Shown piece after piece: positions 1 through 9,533 of a stretch of DNA of 63,496 nt (position 1 is the first letter of the stretch; every line of letters begins with the position of its first letter). The DNA comes from a virus. Lineage: Duplodnaviria; Caudoviricetes. The stretch covers positions 1 through 63,496 of the IMG/VR virus record IMGVR_UViG_3300027813_002911; one strand, 5' to 3'. Both the position numbers and the translations under genes were made by a program. Below the pieces are notes generated by a model. That model ran no database searches, was not told the DNA's origin, and worked only from the letters and a program-made list of their open reading frames with translations.

Positions 1-306
1 TGTTACACCATATCCTTGAATAACTACTTGTGGATTCTTTGGGTCAAACTTACCATCTTTCATATCTTGAGATACATTGTAAAGAGATTCTTCTAATTCA
101 GATTCATCTATTTCAGGTTCATCTATTCCAATCTCATCGGTGTAACCACAACTTTCATCTTCTAAGTTTTCGTTCTTAAATGCAAAACCATGACCAGTAA
201 AAATCTTACCTAACTCCATACCTTTAGATTCATTTACAGAACAACAATCTCCACCACAATTACATGAGTGTAAAGTTTCATTTATTAATTCTTTTAATTT
301 AATCAT
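1..306 (-). CDS. Partial ORF (runs off the window) with MIKLKELINE leader; putative capsid internal protein
   Basis: Not in the ORF track. Manual translation from ATG at 306 gives MIKLKELINETLHSCNCGGDCCSVNESKG..., open to base 1, with a TAATG overlap on the upstream gene. Confidence 0.8.
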   Translation of the reverse strand, partial: MIKLKELINETLHSCNCGGDCCSVNESKGMELGKIFTGHGFAFKNENLEDESCGYTDEIGIDEPEIDESELEESLYNVSQDMKDGKFDPKNPQVVIQGYGVT

Positions 307-623
307 TAGAATTCAAATCCTGGTGGTGTTCCATATTCACTTTTCTTAATTGCATTCCACACACCTTTAAGTTCATAATACCAAAACTTCTTAGTATCCA
401 ATACCCAAAACTTACCTCTTGGTACTTTTGATGTTTTCTTTTGTCCAAATTTATTTGTCATTGGTGCCCCATCATCCCAAGTTTTATTAGTTTGTTGAGC
501 CTTTACTGTAGTTCTACCATCACCAACTGCTTGATAAACTTTTGAACCAGGATAATCTCCCTTTAAAGATACGATAGATTTTTTACTATCTACTTCATTT
601 AATAAATCTTTAAGTTTAATCAT
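306..623 (-). CDS. Hypothetical protein with MIKLKDLLNE leader; putative capsid internal protein
   Basis: 105-aa ORF, shared leader, coupled to neighbours. Confidence 0.75.
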   Translation of the reverse strand: MIKLKDLLNEVDSKKSIVSLKGDYPGSKVYQAVGDGRTTVKAQQTNKTWDDGAPMTNKFGQKKTSKVPRGKFWVLDTKKFWYYELKGVWNAIKKSEYGTPPGFEF

Positions 624-910
624 TTCTTTTTTCCAAATTTTAATATAGATTTTTTAAAATCTCTAAATTTCATATTTTTACGAAGTGAAGCAATAGTTTC
701 ATCATCATGGTCTGGCGATACAAGGTCAATATCATCCCAATATGGTTTAGGCCCAATAATTTTCATAATTTTTCTATCTTTCTTCAATGCCTTCATAATG
801 ACTTGCCTATCCTCAGGACCATTAGTATCCCATAGATTAGTAGAATCGGATATTTCACTTAATGAATTTTTACCAAAAAGTCTTTCGTAATTTTCTTTTA
901 ATTTAATCAT
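620..910 (-). CDS. Hypothetical protein with MIKLKE leader
   Basis: 96-aa ORF; MIKLKENYERLFGKNSLSE ends in L-S-E. Confidence 0.7.
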   Translation of the reverse strand: MIKLKENYERLFGKNSLSEISDSTNLWDTNGPEDRQVIMKALKKDRKIMKIIGPKPYWDDIDLVSPDHDDETIASLRKNMKFRDFKKSILKFGKKK

Positions 911-920
911 AATTATATCC

Positions 921-1310
921 CTAAAGTCGTTTAACCCAACTCAATACATTTGATAATCGCAAATTATTTCTCAGTAAAACTTCAGTTTCTTCTGAACCCT
1001 TGTATTTACTTTTTATTGCATCTTGTAATGTCTTAATCATTTCTTTTTTCATCTTAGAAGTAATCTTAATCTTTTTATCTTTACCCCAATTATCGACACC
1101 TGTAGCAGGTCCAACACCTACACCCATAAATCCTGATGCACCGTATTGTGGTTTAAACTGATAATCTATAGTGGTAGCTCCACCTCTTGATAGTTTTTCA
1201 TATACAAAACTAACCTCAAATCCCCGAGCAGTTGAATTTTTATAAGCATCACCAACTTTTATATCTTTATCAGTTAATTCTTCAGCTAATAAATCCTTTA
1301 ATTTAATCAT
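921..1310 (-). CDS. Hypothetical protein with MIKLKDLLAE leader
   Basis: 129-aa ORF, shared leader. Confidence 0.75.
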   Translation of the reverse strand: MIKLKDLLAEELTDKDIKVGDAYKNSTARGFEVSFVYEKLSRGGATTIDYQFKPQYGASGFMGVGVGPATGVDNWGKDKKIKITSKMKKEMIKTLQDAIKSKYKGSEETEVLLRNNLRLSNVLSWVKRL

Positions 1311-1606
1311 TAGAACGAACTATATATTTTATCATAATTACTATAAACTCTTTTAGCACCATTAAATAACATCTTATCTAATTTTTCTCTAGCTTTCATC
1401 AACTCATTCATTTGATTAAATATACCATGCAATACTTTTAATGATTCATACCCTTTAACCAATGGTGAGTTTTTACCAAGAAAAGATTTAGCTAACATAA
1501 GTCTAGCTTCATTATGATTATTAGTATCAGTCATTCTTTCAATATATCCAAGAGTTTTAGAATCTAATTCTTTCTTCTCTGTTAATATGTCCTTTAACTT
1601 AATCAT
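1310..1606 (-). CDS. Hypothetical protein with MIKLKDILTE leader
   Basis: 98-aa ORF, shared leader, TAATG coupling. Confidence 0.75.
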   Translation of the reverse strand: MIKLKDILTEKKELDSKTLGYIERMTDTNNHNEARLMLAKSFLGKNSPLVKGYESLKVLHGIFNQMNELMKAREKLDKMLFNGAKRVYSNYDKIYSSF

Positions 1607-1854
1607 TAGATTTTATCCATTAGTTTTTTAATTTGTTTTAACATTTTTGAAGTACCTTGAGCATTTTGAAATACTCCATAATCTTGGCCAATCTTTACTA
1701 ACTCATTAAACTGGTCTCTCAAATCATATTTCATCTTTCTCCAAGTCTTACTATCAATTTTAGATGCAGGAATTACTTTAATACTTTCTACTATGTCTGT
1801 TTTAGTATTTATTTTACCACCACCTATTCGTTTAAATTCTTCTTTTAAATTCAT
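1606..1854 (-). CDS. Hypothetical protein with variant leader (MNLKEEFKRIGG...DIVE)
   Basis: 82-aa ORF with AAGGA SD-like sequence upstream. Confidence 0.7.
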   Translation of the reverse strand: MNLKEEFKRIGGGKINTKTDIVESIKVIPASKIDSKTWRKMKYDLRDQFNELVKIGQDYGVFQNAQGTSKMLKQIKKLMDKI

Positions 1855-1864
1855 TGTGTTTTCC

Positions 1865-3061
1865 TTATCTTAAACTCACATTCATACCTGTGTTCTTTTT
1901 GAACATTTTACCTAATTGGTCGGCATAAACTCCTTTTTCTTTTGATTTAATTTTTATTTTACCAGCTCTCACTTGTAAAAATTCCATATTGTATAAATCC
2001 GCGGATGTCAATTTAATTCTAACATGCGATACACCTTTTGAATTTCTACCTATTTTCATATGTAGTTCGTTTTTTGGTTTATCTATTGCAAGATTTTTTG
2101 CTCCTGTCATTGCGATAAATCTATTACCACCTAATTGTTGTAGTAATTGTTTTGGGTCTAATCTTGCTTCATTTACGGATTCTTTTACTACTCTCATTCC
2201 AACTTCGTGATAATTATCTGAATTAATTAATTTATTGTAAAGAATAACTCCAGCTCTTTTAGATTTAGCTACTTTCATTATTTTTTCTTTACCTTTTTCA
2301 TCAGCAACATATACTTCCCATTTAGCTACTTTATAACCACTAAATAAATCTTTTGATGAAGTTGCTTCAGTTAAATTACTTTGTGCAATCTTTGAAACCG
2401 AACCTAATAATTTAGAAGATTGTTCAATGAATGCCATTTCAAATTTGTATAATTGTTTTTCTAATCTAAGAATTTCATTGTTTGGTGATTCAGTTTTTAA
2501 AGTGTTTAATTGTTTTCTAAGTTTACTATATCTTTCGATAAACTCATTACGAACCTTATGTATATTATTATAAGCTTTTTGTGCTTTAACACCCTCATCT
2601 ATGTGTGGATTATCTTGTTGCCCTTTGTACCAGCTCATAAATAATTTATTAAATGGAATAAGATGTTTTTTATATGCTTTATCAAAAATTTTCCCATCTG
2701 TTCTGCTACCAGTTGTTCTAACCACCATTTTAATTATATCTCTGATTTCTCTTGAGAAGTTCAAATATGCTTTATCAAACTTTACGGCTATATCGGTAGC
2801 TTGTCTTTTTTGATTTTCTTTTAAATTTTTACCTCTACCAATTTCTTTCAGAGCTTCACGAATTTTTTGTATTACTTCTTTTGCAACCTTTTCTGGTTTT
2901 CCAGCGTGTTTAGTAGATGCAAAATCTTCTGAATCTGAATCAGACATATTATCGGCTGCATCTTTAACTTTATCAGAAACTTTGGATGGTGAGAGTTCAC
3001 CTTTCTGAAGTGCATGAACCATTCCCATGAATCGTTGTTGAGATTTAGATTTGGCAGGCAT
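1865..3061 (-). CDS. Modular head-region protein: N-terminal DUF3008-like domain, helical modules, C-terminal QQLGGNRFIAMTGA domain
   Basis: MPAKSKSQQRFMGMVHA...FASTKH resembles DUF3008; modules are separated by LKE, IDE, LTE and ESVNE. Confidence 0.65.
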   Translation of the reverse strand: MPAKSKSQQRFMGMVHALQKGELSPSKVSDKVKDAADNMSDSDSEDFASTKHAGKPEKVAKEVIQKIREALKEIGRGKNLKENQKRQATDIAVKFDKAYLNFSREIRDIIKMVVRTTGSRTDGKIFDKAYKKHLIPFNKLFMSWYKGQQDNPHIDEGVKAQKAYNNIHKVRNEFIERYSKLRKQLNTLKTESPNNEILRLEKQLYKFEMAFIEQSSKLLGSVSKIAQSNLTEATSSKDLFSGYKVAKWEVYVADEKGKEKIMKVAKSKRAGVILYNKLINSDNYHEVGMRVVKESVNEARLDPKQLLQQLGGNRFIAMTGAKNLAIDKPKNELHMKIGRNSKGVSHVRIKLTSADLYNMEFLQVRAGKIKIKSKEKGVYADQLGKMFKKNTGMNVSLR

Positions 3062-3062
3062 T

Positions 3063-3686
3063 CTATTCTCCTCGGATTATTTTATTAATTATATCTTCAG
3101 CCTTACAATAAGTACCACAAGTTCTACCTTGTTGTTTATCCACATTTTCACTTAATGGATACATAAATGCACCATGTGTGGATGGATTTGATACGAAATC
3201 GAATGCTATTAATTCAAAATCTTTACCCACCTTTAACACTGGTTGATCATTATCATCTTCATCTTCATGTACTGCCTCTACAGAACCCATTCCACGAGAA
3301 CTAATACCTAACTTAATACCATTCTTAAATAATTCTCTTAAAATATTTCCACTTGGTGTAGTTAATATTTCTACTGTTCCCAATAGATTATCACCTTCAA
3401 AATGCATCTCAGTAATATTGTGAGATACATTCTGTAAATTTACTACTGATGAATCTGGATGGTCTAATTCACCAAGTGCTCTTTTTTGTTTAACATATCC
3501 GTCAGAATAATTCTTTGCTTCTCGTGTTAAAATATCTCTCGGATACACTCTACCATTTTGATTTTTTGCATCTGCCCTTTGTAATACACCTTTGACTACC
3601 AATTTTCCATCGTTTTCTTTTAATGATTCGTTAACTTGGTGTTTAGATATTTCAAACGGTATGTAATCTACTAATAGTTCTCTCAT
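3063..3686 (-). CDS. gp21: Prohead maturation protease (T4 gp21-like)
   Basis: Motifs KNQNGRVYP, GELDHP, TPSGNIL, GISSRGMGS, DFVSNPS; close to the portal gene. Confidence 0.93.
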   Translation of the reverse strand: MRELLVDYIPFEISKHQVNESLKENDGKLVVKGVLQRADAKNQNGRVYPRDILTREAKNYSDGYVKQKRALGELDHPDSSVVNLQNVSHNITEMHFEGDNLLGTVEILTTPSGNILRELFKNGIKLGISSRGMGSVEAVHEDEDDNDQPVLKVGKDFELIAFDFVSNPSTHGAFMYPLSENVDKQQGRTCGTYCKAEDIINKIIRGE

Positions 3687-3687
3687 T

Positions 3688-4287
3688 TTATTTCATCCTT
3701 TTAACCATTAGAACACTATCTCTCATATATTTTGTTACACCAGATTTATAAGACTGTTTTATTTCTTTAGCCAAAGTCTTATTTGTTGGATTTGGGTCTT
3801 GGAGAAATGATTGTTCTAAGTCATACATTTGTTTTCTAAATTTTTGTTCAGTTTTTACTATTTTTGATAAAGCTCTTCTTGCAAATCTTACATCTTCTGG
3901 ACCCTCTTTAATAGATTCTCCTACTGAAATTCCCATTGATTTTGCCTGTGCCTTTGATTGGTCTGGAGTTAATCCTTTTGATTTAGGTTCTTCTTTTTTG
4001 TTTTTAAATTTATCTACTAACTTTACAAATATCCCTTTTGCTTTTCTGTGTGCTGGATGTTCTTTATTACTAAGAGCAGTGGTTAGTTTATTTACACGAC
4101 CCGTTTTTGGATTTTTAGATTTCATTTGAACCATTGCTGCAGTTGCAGATGCAATAGCTGCTGGATTTTCTTGTAATTTTTTAGCCTGGTGTGCGTTTAT
4201 AGTATCTTGAAGAGTAGGTAATGGTTGCCCAAACTCCCTCTTTAAGATATCAAGGCCTTCTGCTAAATATTTGTCGTTTTGTTTCAT
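3688..4287 (-). CDS. Hypothetical basic modular head-region protein
   Basis: 199-aa ORF; LAE, LQE and ESIKE motifs between segments. Confidence 0.65.
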   Translation of the reverse strand: MKQNDKYLAEGLDILKREFGQPLPTLQDTINAHQAKKLQENPAAIASATAAMVQMKSKNPKTGRVNKLTTALSNKEHPAHRKAKGIFVKLVDKFKNKKEEPKSKGLTPDQSKAQAKSMGISVGESIKEGPEDVRFARRALSKIVKTEQKFRKQMYDLEQSFLQDPNPTNKTLAKEIKQSYKSGVTKYMRDSVLMVKRMK

Positions 4288-5201
4288 TGTAGTTTTCCCA
4301 CTTTGTTAGCTAATTTAACTAATCTCTCTGAAATTTTACTCATTGCTTTATGGGTGTTCTTCCAATATGTACCTGAATCTACCTTTAGCTCATTTTTTAA
4401 TTTAACATTCATATCTATTAACTTACTTAATCCACTTAATGAATCACGAACTTCTCTCATCGATTGTCCAATTTTTTGTTTTGGTGTTAAAGTTTCATCG
4501 TTACGGTATTGTGTGTAACGGGCCTCTTTTATTGATTCAGCAAAATATCCTATTTTTTCATATTCTTTTCTTACGGCTGGTTTATCTACAATGACAAGTC
4601 TTTTTCCAGAACTCTTATGTTTTACTTTTACTGTTTTGCCTCTTTTATAAGTAAGTCCTAAATCTGATTCGGTTATTGATTCGTTTGCAAGTCGAAGAGC
4701 ATCTTTTACTTTTTTGTCGTTGGATAAACCCTTTTTAATTCTTTCAATTTTCTTAACAGCATTCGTCATATTACCACTCATTTGTATAGCAATTAATATA
4801 GCTTTCTTTTGATAGGAACTTAATCTTCCCTCAACTACGGATTCTGTTTTTTTATCAATCTGTTTACCAAATGCACTTTGTACTCTTTTTACACTTACAA
4901 TACCCTTCATACCCTTTTTCAAACTTCTACCAACCATTGTCCTTGCTTGTCCAGCTCCTGTAGCATCAATGATAATTTTACCTACACCAGCAACAGTAAC
5001 TGCCCACTTTCCCTCTACAACTTTAAAATCTGTTCCTGTCTTTGCAATCTTTTTTCTTTTCTCATTACCTTTAGATTGAAAAGCGTTTGGTGAATCATAT
5101 TCTCCACCAGCGGTTGCAGTTGTTGAGGCTTCTTTTATTTTTTTTTGAATTAAAGTACGAAGTAATTCCGTAAACTTTTTTCTATTTATTTTTGTGGACA
5201 T
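4284..5201 (-). CDS. Hypothetical modular head-region protein (prohead core or internal protein candidate)
   Basis: 305-aa ORF; IKE, VVE, ESVVE, ESITE and ESIKE motifs; lies between portal and protease. Confidence 0.65.
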   Translation of the reverse strand: MSTKINRKKFTELLRTLIQKKIKEASTTATAGGEYDSPNAFQSKGNEKRKKIAKTGTDFKVVEGKWAVTVAGVGKIIIDATGAGQARTMVGRSLKKGMKGIVSVKRVQSAFGKQIDKKTESVVEGRLSSYQKKAILIAIQMSGNMTNAVKKIERIKKGLSNDKKVKDALRLANESITESDLGLTYKRGKTVKVKHKSSGKRLVIVDKPAVRKEYEKIGYFAESIKEARYTQYRNDETLTPKQKIGQSMREVRDSLSGLSKLIDMNVKLKNELKVDSGTYWKNTHKAMSKISERLVKLANKVGKLQ

Positions 5202-6054
5202 TTTCTAACTCCCCTACTAATTCGTAATATCTCATCAACGAAACAACATTAGAATCTTTTACATGAATTCCTTTTGTTGCAGTATCGGTATGAGTTATTG
5301 CTTCGGTTAATTTAATTTTAGTAATCTTATCATCAACTCTTTGTAAATGTGATTTTAAGGTTTTTTTAATTTTAATAACTTCAGTATCTATGAATTCGCG
5401 CAAAGAATTAGTGTTTGATAAATTGTTTATATACTCTTTAAGTAAATTTCTCTGATTTTCATTTAGAGTGCTGTACTTTTTGTTGAATTTATCAACCAAT
5501 AGTTGATAAGTTAACAACCTTAAATCCTTATCTTGTTTATTTAAGTCATCTTGAATACTATGTTTAGTTTTCTTAGTGCGTCTGACTTTAGTGATGTTCT
5601 CTATAATTGTTAATTTACTATCAGTTTCTTCTATAGGAGATATTTTCTCTTTTAAGCATTCACCTTCAAATACATTGTAAATTGAAGCCAATAGTTTATA
5701 TCCAGGTATTCGTGTATTGAAAAAATCAGCAGCGTTATAATTTTCCTTAACACTTTTAATCAAATTATATTTTTCATTTCGTAATTTACGATTTGATAAA
5801 TGTCTACGACTTTTTATTACTGCAGAAAGCAAAATGTTTGCTTGTTCGTTAGTTTTATATGTCTTTTCCGTCAAAATCTTGTAAAGTTCATATTCTTTCC
5901 CAAGTTCTGAATTTGGGTTAAATGTTTCTTTTAAAATGCTAACAGCCTTACTATTTTCAGTATCATTGAGTACATCAACAGTTATTTGGCGAGTCAGCAG
6001 TTCGAAAAGAATTCCAGTATTTTTTATTTTACTGTGCTTCTTATTGTAATTCAT
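5182..6054 (-). CDS. Helical protein downstream of portal; head assembly candidate
   Basis: KHSKIKNTGILFELL... ORF; start moved to ATG 6054 because GGAG lies at 6061-6064. Confidence 0.7.
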   Translation of the reverse strand: MNYNKKHSKIKNTGILFELLTRQITVDVLNDTENSKAVSILKETFNPNSELGKEYELYKILTEKTYKTNEQANILLSAVIKSRRHLSNRKLRNEKYNLIKSVKENYNAADFFNTRIPGYKLLASIYNVFEGECLKEKISPIEETDSKLTIIENITKVRRTKKTKHSIQDDLNKQDKDLRLLTYQLLVDKFNKKYSTLNENQRNLLKEYINNLSNTNSLREFIDTEVIKIKKTLKSHLQRVDDKITKIKLTEAITHTDTATKGIHVKDSNVVSLMRYYELVGELENVHKNK

Positions 6055-6087
6055 TAAACACTCCATTCGTGATAAGTTTATACATAA

Positions 6088-6095
6088 ATAAATAT
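6088..6095 (-). promoter_or_regulatory. ATATTTAT motif, putative late promoter element
   Basis: Intergenic; the same octamer recurs in seven intergenic gaps. Confidence 0.5.
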
Positions 6096-6113
6096 TAAAA
6101 CTTCAAATAATCG

Positions 6114-7946
6114 TTATTTATCTTCAGTAAATTCTTTATATTCTTTATCTATTTCTTCACTATCTATTGTTTCTCTTAATAATTCTATGCCTTTTTTACC
6201 TAAAGACTTCTTTAACCTATCAAAGTGAGCTAAAGCCATAGGTATTTTTGGTCTACCAAGTGGATCTCGTCCTCTTGCACTACCATCTTTACTATACTTA
6301 GTTACTTCTTTTGGTCTACCAGCTCCCTCTTGTCCACCTTCGGGTGCCCCACCTTTGTCAAATATTGAACCTGCTGCAGTATCAGGTGGTTCTTGAACAT
6401 CATCTGCTCCCATTCCAACTGCTGCCATATCACTTGGAGTTCCAACTGAATCACCACTTTCTGCAGGATCATTACCTTCTTGTTCTATTTGTGAATATCT
6501 AAATTTAGTTTTTTGATCATCCACCATTTCTTTTTCAAGTTGTTCTTTTTCTTTTGCCGTGAAATTGAAAATATTTTTATATACCCAATCACTTGACATT
6601 AAACTATTGTCTTTTACATCACGAGCTAAATTAACTTTATTACTCCACAATTCAATCTTCTCTTGTTCATAAATTGTAGATGGATTTGTTAATTTCAATT
6701 CAAAGTTTACCAACTCTTCATCTGTATATCCTTGTGAGTATAAATGAACAACTGCAATCTTTGTCAATTCACTTGTTAAAATTCTTTGAATTCTCTCAAT
6801 TGTTCTTGCAAATCGTACATCTTCTGCGGCTAATGTAGCTTTACTACCAAGACTTTCTTCATATCCTAAAAACGCTTTCGGTATTCTTAGAGCAGCTAAC
6901 ATACGATTCTTTAAATACTCGATGTCATCTGTAGTCTCATATTGCATTCCTGGAAGAGAGTCAATACTCGTACCACTATCGCCACCACGAACTGGCATAA
7001 AGAAATCTTCAGTAAGATTCTGTATATTGAATTTCAAATTATAATCACCAGTTGTATCATCCATAAACGGTGTCTTCTTCATTTTGTTAATGATTTTTTG
7101 CATATAATTGTCAACTTCATTTGGTGGAATATTTCCGATATCAACTTTAAATACTCTCTTCTCTGGTGCTCTCATGATTCTGTGAATCAACATAGCATCT
7201 TCCATCAATGTTAATTGTTTCCAAACCTTACGAGCACTTTCCATCATTGATTTACCATAAGGTAAAAGATTACTATCACTTGCTAATCTGAAGTGAGCGA
7301 TTTGAAAGTTTTCAAATTCTATTTTTTTATTAGAAGATGAACGAGCAAAATAAGGATGTGCCTGCTCCATTGCCTCTAAATAGAATTTAGTATAATAAGG
7401 ATTATCTGGGTCTTCTCCCTCTGAACGAATTATTTCATACGGGGATAAAGGAACTACATTGTGTATTCCAAACTTATCACTAATGTCTAAATATAAAAAG
7501 AAGTCTCCATACTTACACATATTTCTTACCCATGGCCACAAGTTAAATTCTATATTCATAATATCATAGAATAAATTATGTAGTATTTGTTTTATCTGAT
7601 CATTATCACTTTGTATTTCTAACGATTCCCCATACGCACTTTTCATAGTTGATTCATCAGCGTATGTATCAAGTGCAGATGCAATTATTGAATCCGCTTC
7701 CATAGTTTCATAATCTTTAAATAAACCCAATCGTGCTGCCTGCAGTTGTGCAAATGTGGAATATCCACTATTTACCAAGTCCAAACCACTATGTAGTTTT
7801 GAATACCTATCAACCAAATGTGATTTCACTTGTGATTGAACTTGTTCTGTATCAGCTATTTTTAGTTTTTTACCACCAACATTTCTTACAATTACATTTG
7901 TACTAAATAATCGTTGTAATCTACTAAATAATGTTCTATCTGCCAT
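6114..7946 (-). CDS. gp20: Portal protein (T4 gp20-like)
   Basis: EDAMLIHRIMRAPEKRVFKVDIGNIPP, EDFFMPVRGG, ALRIPKAFLG; directly after the terminase; GAGG SD. Confidence 0.95.
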   Translation of the reverse strand: MADRTLFSRLQRLFSTNVIVRNVGGKKLKIADTEQVQSQVKSHLVDRYSKLHSGLDLVNSGYSTFAQLQAARLGLFKDYETMEADSIIASALDTYADESTMKSAYGESLEIQSDNDQIKQILHNLFYDIMNIEFNLWPWVRNMCKYGDFFLYLDISDKFGIHNVVPLSPYEIIRSEGEDPDNPYYTKFYLEAMEQAHPYFARSSSNKKIEFENFQIAHFRLASDSNLLPYGKSMMESARKVWKQLTLMEDAMLIHRIMRAPEKRVFKVDIGNIPPNEVDNYMQKIINKMKKTPFMDDTTGDYNLKFNIQNLTEDFFMPVRGGDSGTSIDSLPGMQYETTDDIEYLKNRMLAALRIPKAFLGYEESLGSKATLAAEDVRFARTIERIQRILTSELTKIAVVHLYSQGYTDEELVNFELKLTNPSTIYEQEKIELWSNKVNLARDVKDNSLMSSDWVYKNIFNFTAKEKEQLEKEMVDDQKTKFRYSQIEQEGNDPAESGDSVGTPSDMAAVGMGADDVQEPPDTAAGSIFDKGGAPEGGQEGAGRPKEVTKYSKDGSARGRDPLGRPKIPMALAHFDRLKKSLGKKGIELLRETIDSEEIDKEYKEFTEDK

Positions 7947-7958
7947 TTTTTACCTCAC

Positions 7959-9533
7959 TTATAAGAGCCACTTTAACGACTCTTTTTTTCTTTCGTGGCC
8001 TACTTCCCACTCCCATTCACCATTATCAGGGTCTTCGGTAGTATATAGTCCATCAACATCTTGAAATCTATCAAGTGTCTTTTTTGTTAACTCAATTCCT
8101 TCTGTTCGTAATCTTAATGCAGTATCACGAACCCATAAACCAATAGCAAAAGACATAACTAAATCATCGTTATATCCTCTCATTGCTTCTGCTCTATTGT
8201 TTAGATAAATAAATGTAAATAATTCATCTATTAATCTATTGGAACGAACCACTACTGATTCATCCCTAAAATATTCCTCTAACTTTGCAATAATCAAAGG
8301 TCGAGTTTTCATTGTAGTTGAAAATCCAGCCACCATTTTCTTTTCTTCACTTCTAAATCGATTGTTCATTTGATGAGCAATATCGATATATCTTAAATCT
8401 TTACTTGTATAAAATAGATTAGGATACTCCCTATCTATTACTTGTTGGATTGTAGCCCAACCAATGTTATTGTTTTCTATAATTAGTAAAGCATCGTTAT
8501 ATTCAGTTGAAATACTAACCAACATATTACCAAAATCTTTTGTAGGAACTCTACCTTTATACTCTGCTACTTGTTCTACTTTTTCTACATCCATAACATG
8601 GAATGCACTATAGTCTGCTGCATCACCACGACCAACATCTGCCGTTACCACATAAGTTTTTGTATAGTTGGGCTGTTTCCATATCCATAAATTATTATCA
8701 ATCCCTCTTTTTTCAACTGGTTCTCTAACCATTGTATTTCTACATTCGTCTAAAATTCTTGCATCAATAACAGAAGTACCTGAAGTTATAAAATCACAAT
8801 CACATTCTTGTGCTGCACTCTGTATTCCTAATAATGTATCTTGCTCATCTCTCCAGTCTTGATGTCTATCTGGATGAACAGTCCAATGAAGTTTAATAAA
8901 ATTAAACATTCCACTACCTTCTTCTGCCTCAACCCAATGTTTATGAAACCAATTACCAACACCGTTTGGTGTAGAGAGTGCAATACAACTACCACCCGTT
9001 GTCAATGTTTGTTGTGAAGCCGTCCATATTTCATCAATCTTATCAATAAATGCTGCCTCGTCCAATATCAATAATGATAGTGCTTCTGAACGAGCTGCTT
9101 CAGGTCCTGAAGAAACTGCCTTAATCTGTGAACCATTCATATATCGTAGATTCAACTTGTTATCCTCAACACATTTTTGTTTTAACCAACTCGGTAGATT
9201 TGAATGCATCACACGAACCTTTGTTACTAAATTCTTTGCTACTTCTTGTTTGGTTGCAATTACCAACACATTCTTATCTTGATGAAATGTCATCAACCAC
9301 AAACTATATCCAGCTGTTAATGTTGATATTCCTAACTGTCTTGCCTTTAAAATAATATTAAATCTATTTTCTTGAAATTCATTTACAGTTTTTTCTTGAA
9401 AATCATATAAAGAAAATGGAATCTTTCCCCTGATTGGGTGTTGTATCACACAATACTTCTTCATAAAATAAGCAGGGTCTTGTGCACATTTCACATATTC
9501 GGATTTTATTACTTCTTTTATCTGTGTTGCCAT
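7959..9533 (-). CDS. terL: Terminase large subunit (T4 gp17-like)
   Basis: KARQLGIST (Walker A), LLILDEAAF (Walker B), STPNG, ADVGRG and NDDLVMS nuclease motifs; start moved to ATG 9533 (TAATG coupling). Confidence 0.95.
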   Translation of the reverse strand: MATQIKEVIKSEYVKCAQDPAYFMKKYCVIQHPIRGKIPFSLYDFQEKTVNEFQENRFNIILKARQLGISTLTAGYSLWLMTFHQDKNVLVIATKQEVAKNLVTKVRVMHSNLPSWLKQKCVEDNKLNLRYMNGSQIKAVSSGPEAARSEALSLLILDEAAFIDKIDEIWTASQQTLTTGGSCIALSTPNGVGNWFHKHWVEAEEGSGMFNFIKLHWTVHPDRHQDWRDEQDTLLGIQSAAQECDCDFITSGTSVIDARILDECRNTMVREPVEKRGIDNNLWIWKQPNYTKTYVVTADVGRGDAADYSAFHVMDVEKVEQVAEYKGRVPTKDFGNMLVSISTEYNDALLIIENNNIGWATIQQVIDREYPNLFYTSKDLRYIDIAHQMNNRFRSEEKKMVAGFSTTMKTRPLIIAKLEEYFRDESVVVRSNRLIDELFTFIYLNNRAEAMRGYNDDLVMSFAIGLWVRDTALRLRTEGIELTKKTLDRFQDVDGLYTTEDPDNGEWEWEVGHERKKESLKWLL

